A stretch of 64,000 bases of DNA, taken from Malacoraja senta (lineage: Eukaryota). The notes under the pieces are model-generated. The model searched no databases and was not told where the DNA came from. It saw nothing but the letters and a program-made list of their open reading frames with translations. The translations under genes and the position numbers were made by a program. The DNA lies in contig CM075989.1 in the NCBI GenBank assembly GCA_038087875.1, positions 1,798,001 to 1,862,000 of the forward strand, read 5' to 3'. Positions 35,246 through 49,040 of this stretch are shown piece by piece (the first letter of the stretch is position 1; every line of letters starts with the position of its first letter).

Positions 35246-38200
35246 TCTATCTATTACCAAAGATCTTGTCCTCTTCCGGTTTGTGATGTTTTATAAATTT
35301 GCGTAAAAACAGTACCTTGTATCACCAGGATTGCTTCACCTCCTTACTCACCGTTCTCCTCTGCTCCAAGCGCACCAAGTTTTATTCCGATCGGTGGAAT
35401 ACTACAAAAGATATGAAGGTCTAAAAAATTGTGAGACCAGCAGATTGGTCTTCTCGCCTGTCATTCACCATGAAGGTAACACCCCTTCCAGCACACGCTG
35501 TCAATCACCGGGATGAGGAGAATAAAGCCCCGGAGGTCGGGCGTGAGTCCAGAAGTCAGGTGTGAGCAGTCTGCCCGGAATCCCGGAAGCCTGCAAGCTG
35601 TGAGTGAGAATTGAGTCCAGAACTGTGAGTCCACAAGCCGTGACTGAATGAACTGTGAGTCCACAAGCCGTGACTGGGTGAACTGCGAGTCCACAAGCCG
35701 TGACTGAGTGAACTGTGAGTCCACAAGTCATTACAGAGGGAACTGTGAGTCCACAAGCCGTGACTGAGTGAACTGTGTGTCCACAAGCCATGACAGAGGG
35801 AACTGTGAGTCCACAAGTCGTGACTGAGTGAACTGTGAGTCCACAAGCCGTGACTGAGGGAACAGTGAGTCCACAAGCCGTGACTGAGTGAACTGTGAGT
35901 CCACAAGCCCTGACTGAGTGAACTGTGAGTCCACAAAGCCGTGACTGAGTGAACTGTGAGTCTACAAGCCGTGACAGAAGGAACTGTGAGTCCACAAGCC
36001 GTGACTGAGTGAACTGTGAGTCCACAAGCCGTGACTGAGGGAAGTGTGAGTCCACAAGCCGTGACTGAGTGAACTGTGAGTCCACAAGCCAAGACTGAGT
36101 GAACGGTGAGTCACAAGCCATGACTGAGTGAACTGTGAGTCCACAAGCCGTGACTGAGTGAACTGTGAGTCCACAAGCCGTGACTGAGTGAACAGTAGTC
36201 CACAACCCTGACTGAGTGAACTGTGAGTCCACAAGCCACGACTGAGTGAACTGTGAGTCCACAAGACGTGACTGAGTAAACTGTGAGTCCAAAAGCCCTG
36301 ACTGAGTGAACTGTGAGTCCGCAAGCCGTGACTGAGTGAACTGTGAGTCCACAAGCCGGGACTGAGTGAACAGTAGTCCACAAGCCCTGACTGAGTGAAC
36401 TGTGAGTCCACAAGCCACGACTGAGTGAACTGTGAGTCCACAAGCTGTGACAGAAGGAACTGTGAGTCCACAAGCCATGACTGAGTGAACTGTGAGTCCA
36501 CAAGCCGTGATTGAGGGAACTGTGAGTCCACAAGCCGTAACTGAGTGAACTGTGAGTCCACAAGCCGTGACTGAGTGAACTGTGAGTCCACAAGCCGTGA
36601 CTGAGTGAACTGTGTGTGTCACAAGCCGGGACTGAGTGAACTGTGAGTCCACAAGCCGGGACTGTGTTAACTGTGAGTCCACAAGCCGTGACTGAGGGAA
36701 CTGTGTCCACAAGCCGTGACTGAGTGAACTGTGAGTCCACAAGCCATGACTGAGTGAACTGTGAGTCCACAATCCGTGACTGAGTGAACTGTGAGTCCAC
36801 AAGCCATGACTGAGTGAACTGTGAGTCCACAAGCCGTGACTGAGTGAACTGTGTGTTCACAAGCCGGGACTGAGTGAACTGTGAGTCCACAAGCCAGGAC
36901 TGTGTGAACTGTGTCCACAAGCCGGGACTGTGAGTCCACAAGCCGAGACTGTGTGAACTGTGAGTCAACAAGCCGGGACTGAGTGAACTATGAGTCCACT
37001 AGCCGTGACTGAGTGAACTGTGAGTCCACAAGCCGTGACTGAGTGAACTGTGAGTCCACAAGCCCTGACTGAGTGAACTGTGAGTCCGCAAGCCATGACT
37101 GAATGAACTGTGAGTCCACAAGCCGTGACTGAGTGAACTGTAGTCCACAAGCCCTGACTGAGTGAACTGTGAGTCCACAAGCCACGACTGAGTGAACTGT
37201 GAGTGCACAAGCCGTGACTGAGTGAACTGTGAGTCCACAAGCCATCACTGATTGAACTGTGAATCCACAAGCCGTGACTGGCTGAACTGTGAATCCACAA
37301 GCCGGGACTGAGTGAACTGTGTGTCCACAAGCCGTGATTGAATGAACTGTGAGTCTACTAACCGTGAGTGAGTGAACTGTGAGTCCACAAACCATGAGTG
37401 AGTGAACTGTGAGTCCACAAGCCGTGAGTGAGTGAACTATTTGTCCAGAACCCACATGGAGCGTGGTGCCTGCCCAATTGCTGCAAACTCTAGATGCTGG
37501 GGAAGTGAGGAGTGAGAGTGGGGGGATTGAGGGAGATGGGCTCTGGCAGGGCCGGGCATTGGTGGGGCTCACCCAACACCCCCAGCAGCAGGTCATGACA
37601 GCGGTAGGCCACAGCGGCACTCCCCCCCCTCCGGCCTCTGCCCAAAGCCGTCCCCCTGCCCCGGCTACAGAACGCTCCTGCCGGCCCCCACCTCAAGCTT
37701 CCCCGTCCCCATCTGTAGGACCAGCCCAATAATCCATTTGGCCCACAATGTCCATACTAGCCCTCTGGAAACCAGTCCCTTCAGCCCACAACACCCATAC
37801 TAGCCCTCCAGAAAGTCCCCCCCCCACTGACCACCGCCTGAAGCCGTCCCTCTCCCCTGGCTGCAGGACGCTTCCCTCTCCCCCAATGGCATCCGACAGC
37901 CCCGCCTGAAGCCAACCCTCTCCCCGGCTGCAAAACACAACAAGAGACGCAACAAGAAATAGTGGACTGAATTATTCTCCTCTTTAACATTTAAATTGCT
38001 GTTATATTTTAAAAGTTATTCACATTTTAAAGTTTAATAAATCCCTTTTCCACTTGCCGTGCCCGTCAGCTGCACCTGCGCAGTAATACCTGCGTGTTCT
38101 ATGTCACAATGGGAACCCAATGGGAGGGAATTGCTACGCCGCCGGAGAGCCGCTACGAGTTGAAGGGGGGGGGGATGGAGTTAGTTCGTGCTGGGGGAGG

Positions 38201-38379
38201 GTGAGGGCAAGGGGCAGAGTCGTGGGGGGTGAGGGGAGGAGGGGGATCAGGGGCATCACAACAGGAACCCGTCAGCCGCGCCTGCGCAGTTGGGGGCTAT
38301 GCGTGAGTGGTGGAATATTGCGTTGGGGGACCAGGCCTCCCATGTGAGAATGAAATCCAACGGGTCCCACTTAGTCTGG
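35246..38379 (+). mobile_element. Non-autonomous Helitron-like element, copy 3, carrying the 30-bp array, inserted in a CR1 3' end
   Basis: Starts TCTAT(CT)ATTACC..AGATCTTG and ends CAACGGGTCCCACTTAGT-CTGG|T (CTRR). 37720-37830 is the reverse complement of about 31250-31360. CR1 sequence GAGGCAGATAG | TAGCATTTAAG is continuous across it, with no TSD. Confidence 0.72.
35620..37439. repeat. Minisatellite, about 60 copies of a 30-bp unit GAACTGTGAGTCCACAAGCCGTGACTGAGT
   Basis: Head-to-tail copies with point variants and 1-2 bp indels, no spacers. Confidence 0.97.
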
Positions 38380-38632
38380 TAGCATTTAAGAACCTTTTGG
38401 ATAGGCACATGGATATGCTTGGAATGGAGGGATATGGATTATGTGCAGGTAGATAAGTGATGGTCGTCATCGTGTTTGGCAATGGGTTGTTCTCATACTG
38501 TACTGTTCTACGTTATATATACCCTATGGGTCAGGCAGCATCCGTGGTAGACAATAGACAGATGAATTTTGGGTTAGAACCCTTTTTGAGACTCAGTTGT
38601 AATCTGACCTTGACACAAAAGGACTGCCTGAG

Positions 38633-38930
38633 AAGGCAACAACGGTGGCGCAGCGGTAGAGTTGCTGCCTTGCAGCGTCAGAGACTCGGGTTTGATCCTG
38701 ACTATGGGTGCTGTCTGTACAGAGTTTACACGTTCTCCCCATGACCCACGTGGGTTTTCTCCAGGTGCTCCAATTTCCTCCCACACTCCAAAGACATACA
38801 GGTTTGTAGGTCAATTGGCTTCTGCAAAATTGTAAATTGTCCCTTAGTGTGCACGGATCCCTGGTCAGCGCGGACGTTGTGGGCCAAGGGTCCTGTTTCT
38901 GCACCGTCTCTCTAAACTAAACTAAACTAA
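38633..38930 (+). mobile_element. HE1-like V-SINE
   Basis: tRNA head, V-domain, (CTAAA)n tail. Confidence 0.85.
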
Positions 38931-39549
38931 ACCAAGAATAAAACCACATCAGAATAAGTGGTGACACAAAGTGTGTGGATAAGCAGAAAGCAGTTTACAA
39001 CCATCATTTCAAGTCTACAGTCTGATGAAGAGGATCTAACGATGCTTTTTAAGTGAACAAGCTTTACTCTCCGAGTTAATCCGACTCATTGAGCATTCTT
39101 CAATGAAATAATCACCCGGCACTTGTTTGTGATCCTCGCTGCCTCCACTGCCACTCCCACAGGGTAATTGTGTTCCCATTAGAGACGGTGAGAGGGGAGC
39201 CCAAGTCCTGCCATGCATGGGCTTCTATGTTTACTTGTTCTCCATTGAAGGCGATAGGATCAGTGTGACCATCCATGGCCTCAGCAGGTGCAGGAAATTC
39301 ACTGAACCAGTGGATTCCACAGAAAAGCAGATTCTAATTATTAATGAAATCGCAGAAACATACATCACCAAAGGAAACCATTTTGCTTTTAAAAAAAAAG
39401 CCAGCCGCTGGAGGAACTCCGTTTGAAGAAGGGTCTGAACCTAGAACACAGGTCTGTCCATTCCCTCCGCAGATGCTGCCTGACCTGCTGAGTTCCTCCA
39501 GCACTTTGTCTTTTGCTGAAGTTTTCAGTATCTGCAGTTCCTTGTGTCA

Positions 39550-40620
39550 TAAGGTCATACGGAATAAGAATAGGATTAGGCCATTCGGCCCATCAAGTCT
39601 ACTCCACCATTCAATCAAGGCTGATCTATCTCTCCCTCGTGACCCCATTCTCCTGCCTTCTCCCCATAACCTCTGACACCTGTACTAATCAAAAATCTAT
39701 CTATCTCTGCCTTAAAAATATCCACTGACTTGGCCTTTACAGCTTTCTTTGACAAAGAATTCCACAAATTCACCACCCTCTGACTAAAGAAATTTCTCAT
39801 CATCTCCATCCTAAAACAACGTCCATTATTCTGAGGCTATGATCTCTATTTCTTGACTCTCCCACTAGTAGAAACATCCTCTCCAAGTCCACTCTATTCA
39901 AGCCTTTCACTATTCTGTATGTTTCAATGAGGTCCCCCCTCATTCTTCTAAACTCCAGAGAGTCCAGGCCCAGTGCCGACAAAGTTTTCATTCATAGAAT
40001 CATTCTTGTAAACCTCCTCTGGACCCTCTCCGGAGCCAGCACAACCTTCCTCAGATATGGTGCCCAAATTTGCTCACAATATTCCAGATGTGGCCTTATA
40101 GAGCCTCAACATTGCATCCCTGTTCTTGTATACAAGCCCTCTTGATATAATGCTAGCATTGAGTTTACTTTCTTCACTACCAATTCGACTTGCAGATTAA
40201 TTTTAAAGGAATCCTGCACCAGCACTCAACTCACTTTGCATCTCCGATTTCTGGATTCTCTCTTCATTTATAAAATAGTCTACGCCTTTATTCCTACTAC
40301 CAAAATGCATGACTACACACTTTGCTATGCTGTATTCCATCTGCCACTTCTCTGCCCACTCTCCCAACCTGTCCAAGTCCTTCTGCAGAGTCCCTGCTTT
40401 CTCTACGCTAGCTGCCCCTCCACCTATTTTCGTATCATCTGCAAACTTTGCCACAAAGCCTTCAATCCCCTTGTCCAAATGATTAATATACAATGTGAAG
40501 AGCAGTGGCCCCAACACCGACCATTGCGGAACTCCACTAGTCACTGGCAGCCAACCAGAAAAAGCCCCCTTTATTGCCACTCACTGTCCTCTGCCATCCA
40601 GCCAACCTGCTATCCACGCT
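39550..40620 (-). mobile_element. CR1 3' fragment
   Basis: VTSGVPQ.SVLGPLLF, KFADDTK, LEFRRMRGDLIETY. Confidence 0.88.
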
Positions 40621-40689
40621 AGTATCAAACTATTGTGTCCACAAACTATTTTGCTTATTGGCTATCTCCACTCTTCACTAGATCGGATA

Positions 40690-41745
40690 TTCTCATCCCA
40701 GAGTAGGGGGATTGAGAACTAGAGGGCATTGTTTTAAGGTGAGAGGGGAAAGATTTTATAGGAATCGAAGGAATGACTTTTTCACACAGAGGTTGTGGGT
40801 GAACCCTGAGGAAGGATGTGCTGGCTCTGGAGAGGATCCAGAGGAGATTTACGAGAATGTCCCAGGGTTAACATATGATGAGCATTTGTCAGCACTGGGC
40901 CTGTGCTCGCTGGAGTTTAGAAGTATGAGGGGGGAACTCATTGAAACATACCAAATAGTGAAAAGTTTGGATAGAGTGGATGTGGAGAGAATGTTTAAGA
41001 AGCGGTTAGGCAGGTTTTGAGGGATATAGTGCATAAACAGGCAAGTTGGACTAGTAGATGGGACATATTGGTCAGTCTGTGCAGGTTAGGCCAAAGGGTC
41101 TGTTTACACACTGTATGACGCTCTGACCTCTTTGGTCTTGAATATAAAAATAACGTAAGGGGTGACAAATATCTCCATTGAAGAATTCCGAGCCAGCGAG
41201 CAGGAAACACTGAACACACGTGCGTTTTCCATGATACAACTGGAGGATGTCCTGAAACTATCTTAAGGCATGTGAGTGTGCGGGAGGAGTGCAGAGGAGA
41301 TTCACCAGGATGTTGCCTGGACTGGTGGACTTTAACTATGGGGGAGAATGGATGAGCTGGTTTGATTTCTTTGGAGCGAAGGAGGCTAAGGGGGCGACCT
41401 GGTAAATGCATATATGTTCATGAAAGTTGGTAGATGGGTAGATCATCAATATCATTTTCCCACAGTAAGGGAATGAAAAACAAGAGGGCTTAATTTAAGA
41501 TGTGATGGAGGAATTTTATAGGGGACTGAGGGGCAAGTTTTTCACATGGAGAGTGGTTGATATCTGGAATACGCTGCCAGAGAGCGGTGTGAATCAAATA
41601 CAATTGCTCATGTGATTGGCATTTAAACAGGCACACTTACAGAGATGTAAGTAGAAAGATAAGGGGATGAAATGGGATTAATGTAGTTGGGCATAAAGGT
41701 TCAGCATGGATGAAGTGGGCTGAAGGGTCTCTTTCTGTGTTGTAT
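40690..41745 (+). mobile_element. Cluster of degraded CR1 3' fragments
   Basis: RTRGH, LEFRSMRGELIETY and CR1 3' UTR-like pieces. Confidence 0.7.
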
Positions 41746-41749
41746 CCCA

Positions 41750-42147
41750 GAAGGCTCACGGGTCAGTGGAGCCTCGCGGGGATCTGTCGATGGAGCCAGC
41801 GGCTGGGGCCTGGGTCGATGTCATGGAGGCATCCGGAAAGGACCCGGCGGCGATATTGGAGAAGTCGTTGCAACGGACAATGATGGCCCCGACCAATGGA
41901 CGAGGACGGACCACGTGGAAGTGAGGACGCCGCTGCCGGGGGAAGGATCATAGGAGAACCCGGCATGGGGGGGGCGCGGTGAGGGAGGGGGGAGGGGAGG
42001 GGGAGAGCAAAGAAGGACCTGGTGCGGGGGGGTACTTTGTAGCGTTGGTCGTGCCCTTCATGGGTAACTATTTGCATACCTTGGGGATGCAAGCAAAGAA
42101 TTTCACTGTGACTGGTCACATGTGACAATAAAGTATTCCTTCATTCA
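41750..42147 (+). mobile_element. GC-rich non-coding retroposon fragment with Rex1/Babar-type tail
   Basis: CpG-rich body, then TTTGCATACCTTGGG..TGCAAGCAAAGAATTTCACTGTG..GTCACATGTGACAATAAAGTATT, the same tail as at 15685-15750. Confidence 0.55.
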
Positions 42148-42279
42148 ACTCTATGACGATGACTATTTTTAAACCTTGTCACTCTTTTCAGAGTTGTTCC
42201 CACCTCAGAAATAATGGAATCTAAGCTCAATGACAATGCTCCAAACCTCTTGACCAATTCCTTTGGCCCAATGGTAAGT

Positions 42280-42760
42280 TCATAAGATCATACGTTATAG
42301 GAGCAGCATTAGGCCATTCTGCCCATCAATTCTACTCTGCCATTCAATCACGGCTGATCTATCTTTCCCTGTTAACCCCATTCTCCTGCCTTCTCCCCAT
42401 AACCCTTCACTCCCATACTAATCAAGAACCTATCAATCTTCACCTTAAAAATATCCATTGACTTGGCCTCAACAGCCATCTGTGTCCAGGAATTCCACAG
42501 ATTCACCACCATCTAACTAAAGTAATTCCTCCTCATCTCCTTTCTAAAAGTACGTTCTTTTATTCTGAGGCTGTGGCCTTTGGTCCTGGACTCACCCACA
42601 GGTGGAAACATCCTCTCCACATCCGCTCTATCCAAGCCTATCACTATTCGATAAGTTTTAATGAGGTCCCCCCTCATTCTTCTAAACTCCGTTGAATAAA
42701 GGCCTAGTGCCGACAAACGCTCATCATGTGTTTACACAAACATCCCTGGGATTATTCTCT
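42280..42760 (-). mobile_element. CR1 3' fragment
   Basis: SALGLYSTEFRRMRGDLI...FRKEMRRN and the CR1 3' UTR. Confidence 0.85.
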
Positions 42761-42919
42761 GGGATTCCTGTTTCACATCTGTGTGCTGTGTAAGTGCCAG
42801 CCAGCAATCCTGAGAACATTTCAATTCTTTGTCCAACAATATAAGGAGATGAATCTATCAATTCACAGTAGAACACTTGAATTCAGGTTAATGCTTAATT
42901 AAGAGCTCAGTTCTGAGTT

Positions 42920-43220
42920 CAGCACAATGATGCAGCTGGTCGAGCTGTTTCCTCACAGTGCTGAGACCTGGGTTCAATCTTGACTATGGGTGCTGTCTGC
43001 GTGGAGTTTGTACGTTCTCCCTGTGATCACGTGGGTTTCCTCCGTGTGCTCCAGTTGCCTCCCACATCACAAAAGGCATGTGGGGTTTGTTGGTTAATTG
43101 GTAAATTATTCCTTGAGTTGGGAGTGAATGCGAAGGTGAGATAGCAGAACTAGTGTGAACAGGTGATGGAGGTCAGCATGGACTCAGTGGACAGAAGGGC
43201 CTGTTTCCATGCTGTTTCAA
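42920..43220 (+). mobile_element. HE1-like V-SINE (diverged)
   Basis: GGTTCAATC B box, V-domain, GGGCCTGTTTCCATGCTG tail. Confidence 0.75.
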
Positions 43221-43312
43221 TCAATTCGACTGGTAAAATTAGTTGAATTATTTGGACATTGTGTTTCAGTGTGGTGATTTGTAACAATGTACAGATTTCA
43301 GCTAATCTGATA

Positions 43313-43849
<537 letters not shown>

Positions 43850-44050
43850 GTCGCTGGTTTGAAATCCTTCCTCAGCTAATATCACCCGTTTCAAGTAGAA
43901 GGTTGTATGCAGGTCAGTGCCACAGACACAGGCTCCCACGTATTTGACAACATTGCCTTTTCAAACCCTCTCCCTCGATGGTGCCAACACAGTGAGGAAT
44001 AATCCTGTCAGTGATACCACTTCACGTAGCTACCATGTTTGAATTATTCA

Positions 44051-44250
44051 ATGTGTGGGAAGGAACTGCAGATGCTGGTTTACACCGAAGGTAGACACAA
44101 AATGCTGGAGTAACTGTCAGTAACTGGCAGCATCTTTGGAGAGAAGGAATGGGAGATGGAATGGTCTGAAGAAGAGTCTCGACCTGAAACGTCACCCATT
44201 CCTTTTCTCCAGAGATGTTGCCAGCCTAGTTGCGTTACTCCAGCATTTTG
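44051..44250. mobile_element. Inverted pair of Penelope-like pLTR fragments
   Basis: Minus-strand tail joined to CTGAAGAAGAGTCTCGACCTGAAACGTC...TTACTCCAGCATTTTG. Confidence 0.7.
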
Positions 44251-44312
44251 AAATATTTGATGACGTGCTTGGCATGCAGCTCCTCTCTGGCACATCTTGG
44301 CTGAAATACTTA

Positions 44313-44614
44313 TGGGCCTGTCCCACTATACGGGTTTACCCAAGAGCTCTCCCCAGTTTAAAAAAAAATCAAACTCGTGGTAAGTACGTAGAATGTACGT
44401 AGCAGGTACGTCGTAGCTCGGGACGTCTCTTAGCGACTCGTAACGTAACGCTACTCGGGGAAACGCGGTAAGCTCGTGAAGATTTTTCAACAGTGTGAAA
44501 AATGTCCACGAGAGCCCCGAGTACCTACGAACGGCTATTGCCGTAATTCTCAGAGTTCGAATCAGGGGAAACTCGGGAGAACTCTTGCATCACCTCGTAC
44601 AGTGGGACAGCCCT
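44313..44614. mobile_element. PIF/Harbinger-type MITE
   Basis: Terminal inverted repeats GGGCCTGTCCCACTATACG / CGTACAGTGGGACAGCCC, with TTA on both flanks (44310-44312 and 44615-44617). Confidence 0.8.
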
Positions 44615-47087
44615 TTACTCCTCTGTTTCACAAAAAGAGGCCTGGGGCTCACTCTGCCGCAGGGCCAGTTTACAGGCAGCCTAACTCACATCTGTATCCA
44701 CTCACCAGGTGTTTATATAACAGTATCAACCTCTGGATTGACTCATGGCTGTATTCAGTGTTTACTGAACAAAAGTCAGTAAAGGGGTGACATTGAGTTG
44801 TGGCCAGGATGCCAATTCACTGCTCCACCCTTCATAGTCTTGATAGCTTCTTAAGCAACAACCATTCTTGAAAATTTACTCCCTTAAGAATGAAAACAAA
44901 TCCTCTAATTGGACCTGTCCCTCCATCAATGTGCTCATTACTGAGGCAAGGGCAAACCACTATTAAAGATTTTTTTTTCAGTTATAAAATTGGATGGTGA
45001 GACATCTTGTTATTTTTAATGTGGAGTCGTGGAGCTATGAGGCATGGAGCACAGATTCAGCGCTATTGTCCATGCTGACCAAGTTGGCAATCTGGTCTAT
45101 CCTAATTTGCCTGCATTCGGCCCATATCCTTCTAGAACCTTCCTTTCGGAATATCTGTCCAAATGTCCTTTTAAAGTTGTAATTGTATCCATTTCTGCAG
45201 CTTCCTCTGGCAGCTTGTTCCAGCTATTGACAACTTTTGAGTGAAGCCGTTGCCCCTGAGGACTCTCTTAAACCTCCCCCCTCTCACCAAGGCTTCCGAG
45301 ACACCAGCTATCAAATCAGGAGCCGAGCCAGTGCCTGGTAACAGGGTCAAGGCTTCTACCTTGAGTTCAGAAGAGTGAAAGGGCTTTGATTAAAACATGA
45401 TAATCCGAGGTCTTCACAAGACCCAGCCTGTAGGGGGAGGCCACCAAGCCTGGCCTTGAGTTGACCCCCGAAGACTGGAGAACCGAAAAGGAGGGATCTA
45501 GCGACGATGGTTGCGACCAGCAAGGTTGGTGAGAACGTGAGCCGGGGTCTTGCCATCTGCGGCCCCAAGGTTGGCAGCAGTAGGTGACCGATCAAGGGGA
45601 GGGATGTGGGTTCGCTGTACGATCCAGAGGAAGGCGATGGCTTTAGGCCCTGCAGCAGCCTGGGACTCACCTGGATCAGGTCACTCCATGAGACCTTGTG
45701 TACGGAGTGGACTTTGAAAATGAGGCCAAATCTGGTGATTTGAAAAATAATGTCACTATCTTTTGCACATGTGACAATAAAGCACCATTGGTTAAAAAAG
45801 TAAAGGTCACCCATTTAAAACAAAGATGGGGCAATTTTATTTTCTCTGAGAGGGTGGTCAAAGTCTTTGTAATTACTGTATCTTCCTCAAAGGACAATGG
45901 GAGCAGAGCTGATGAACATTGTGAAGGCAAAGCTACGTAGACTCAGGATAAGCATTGAGATGGAACGTTATCAAGGGCAGTCAGGAATAGAGAGATGAGG
46001 TCACGGATTGTTGAACCACAACTTTATTGAAGAGCGGAGCAGGTTTGTGTTGCTGAGTTGATAATTCCCTGATCATAATTCCCATGTTCAGATGTATAAT
46101 AGATCGCCTGGTTATTGGCAGCATTGTGTCCAGGCAGCCACCATCTCCCTGCCCTAAACTACACTGGACAACTGTGTTAGACTCTTATATATTGGCTACA
46201 ACACCATAATCCCATCCATGGGACATTGTCTATGAAACTGATGCACTACAATGCTGACATAGCACTCCGTATCTTTTCCCTTCGCTCTATCTATTGTACT
46301 TGAGTTTGACTTGTTTGTTTTTATGTAGAGTGTTATCTGATCTGTTAGGATCTGTGGGTCGAAGGTCTTGTTTCCAAGCTGTATAACTAAACTAAACTAA
46401 ACTAAACATCCACCCTCCCAGGTTCAGTTATTCACCTCGAAGAGCAGTAAAGTTTTCCCTCCTTTCCTGACTAAAGTTTACCCCACAAGATCATCAGTTG
46501 ATGATCACATTGCTGTTACCTATCTGTGTGTAAATTGTTGCTGCAATTCCTACGCATCATCGGTGAAAACAGAAGTATTTAATCGGTTTAACTGACGTTA
46601 CGAAATAAGTTCGATTTAAGCACAAACAGGGAACTGCAGATGCTGGTGTACGAAAGAAGACACAAAGTGCTGGAGCAACTCAGTGGGTCAGACATCATCT
46701 CTCTAAATATAGACAATAGACACAATGTGCAGGAGTAACTTAATGAGTCAGGCATCAGCTGTGGAGAAAAGGGATGGGTGCCATTTCGGGTTGGGACACT
46801 ACTTCAGTCTGTAGGTGATGTTTCAAATTGGGATCTAAATTAAAGCAATTGGCTCCTTCTTTAACAGGGTGACAAGCCCCCACAATATTTTGTGCATCTT
46901 GGTGAGGCACTCTTTAATTTATGTGTTGGAGCGTTAATGACATGAGCACAGACCAAATAAAACAAGGGGCTTCTCTGTGGCTCAGTTGACTTGGCAATAT
47001 TAAACTAGCACCAATACCAGTAGCTTGCAGTCAGAGTTCCACATTTGCTGTGGTCTAACTCCAACACAGGCTATGTTTTTTTTTTTT

Positions 47088-47390
47088 AGTTTTGGAGATA
47101 TAGCACGGAAACAGACCCTCCTGCCCACTGGGTCCGCGCCGACCAGCGATCCCCACACATTAACACTATCCTACACCCACGAGGGACAATTTATACATTT
47201 ACCAAGCCAATTAACCTACAAACCTGTACGTCTTTGGAGTGTGGGAGGAAACCGAAGATCTCGGAGAAAACCCACGCAGTTCACAGGGAGAACGTACAAA
47301 CTCCGTACAGACAGCACCCGTAGTCGGGATCGAACCAGGGTCTCCAGCGCTGCATTTGCTGTAAGGCAGCAACTTTACCGCTGTGCCATC
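47088..47390 (-). mobile_element. HE1-like V-SINE
   Basis: Reverse complement of the SINE at 14315. Confidence 0.85.
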
Positions 47391-47430
47391 ATGACTATGC
47401 TTTGAAAACATGGAGGGAGGTTGCTTCCCA

Positions 47431-47945
47431 GGTAGACACAAAATGCTGGAGGAACACAGCGGGTCAGGCAGCACCCCTGAAGAAAAAGAATGGGTAACAT
47501 TTCAGGTCTGAACCCACCTTCACACTGACAGATAGAGGTGGAGGTGGTGTGGGGGTGGGGGGGGGGGTCTGGACACAAGAAAGGACAGAACAAATCAGAT
47601 CCGGCAACAGATGAGGTCAGGAAGGATGGAGTCCATAATGGCCCATTGTTGGCTGGGGAAGATGTACTAATGAGGGGGAAACACAGATGCCAACAGTGGA
47701 ACTAGTAGGATGACTAGGGTGGGGGAGGGGGGCAGAGCATGGTGGGGAGGGGATGTTGGGGTTAATTGAAGTTAGAGAAAGCTTTCATACCGCTGGGGTG
47801 TAAGCTGCCTAAGCAAAATATGAGGTGCTGTTCCTCCAATCTGCGTGTGGCCTCACTCTGACAGTGGAGGAGGCCCAGGACAGAAAGCTCAGTGTGGGAA
47901 TGGGAAGGGGAGTTAAAATGTTGAGCAACCGGGAGCTGGTGCAGG
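47431..47945 (-). mobile_element. Penelope-like 3' end remnant
   Basis: Homologous to 27050-27420 (ATATGAGGTGCTGTTCCTCCAAT...GAGGAGGCCCAGGACAGAAAG). Confidence 0.75.
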
Positions 47946-49040
47946 CTGAGGCAGACTGGGCAACAATATGTTAACGAGGCAGGAAGGCAGCTCTGGACTG
48001 TTCACTACACCCCTCCATTTAATATCAGACAAAGGTGGTCACACTGCCCTGAGATGTTTGCAAGTGTAATACATAACACAATATTGTCCTGCTTCCCACC
48101 CCCTGCCCTTTGCAGCTCTCATATAGTCATATAGCCTGTTAGTAGAATCACAGATCGGTAGATCATACATCATCGAAGGAGGTCATTTGGTCCATCAAAT
48201 CTATGCATTTCGTGTCTATCTTCGGTGTAAACCAGCATCTGCAGTTCCTTCCTACACAAATAACCTATCAATCTCCACTTTACCCAAAATCTTGGCCACC
48301 ACTGCTATCTGTGGAAATGAATTCCACACATTGACCACCCTCTGGCTAAAGCAATTTCTCCTCATCTCTTTTCTAAAGGTATGTCCTTTTTTTCTGAGGC
48401 TGTGCCCTCTGGCCTTAGGCTCTTCCATTAGTGGAAAGCTCCTCTCAACATCCACTCTCTCTAGTGCTTCACCTTACAAATGAAATCCCTGTCCCGAGAG
48501 ACATTTGGTGCATTTTACTCCCCCATTATCAGAGAGTCATAGAATCATACTTCACAGAAACAGGCCCTTCGGCCCAATTCATCCATGCCGAACCAAGATG
48601 CCCCATCTAAGCTTGTCACATTTGCCCACTTTTGACCCATATCCCTCTAAACCTTTCGTATTTATGTACCTGTCCAATTGTCTATTAAATACTGGATGAC
48701 ATAGCTTTAAGGTGAGAGGGGCAAAATGAGGTGTGCGGGGCAAGTTTTTTACATCGTTTGGTGAATGCCTGGTGGTGGGTTGAAGCAGATATGTTAGTGG
48801 TATTTTAAAATATTTTGTGTAGGCACATGGATATGCAGGGAATGAGGAATATTGATATTGTGTATGCAGCTAAGTGATGGTCTTGGCATCATGTTCGGCA
48901 CAGACATTGTGGGCCAAAGGGCCTGTTCTTGCACTGTCGTAAATGCTGTTACAGTGCCTGCCTCAACGACCTCCTCTGGCAGCTCGTTCCATAAACCCAC
49001 TATTGGCTTGGGGAGATAAAATGCCCATACATATAACTAA

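Noticed and set aside
35620..37439. 30-bp repeat array as a CRISPR array
   Set aside because: Units are head-to-tail with no unique spacers, there are no cas genes, and the context is vertebrate.
35461..37620. Long ORFs (up to 443 aa) over the array as a repetitive protein gene
   Set aside because: The unit length is a multiple of 3 with no stops on the minus strand, so all three frames are open. Indels switch frames freely and no splice or gene context is evident.
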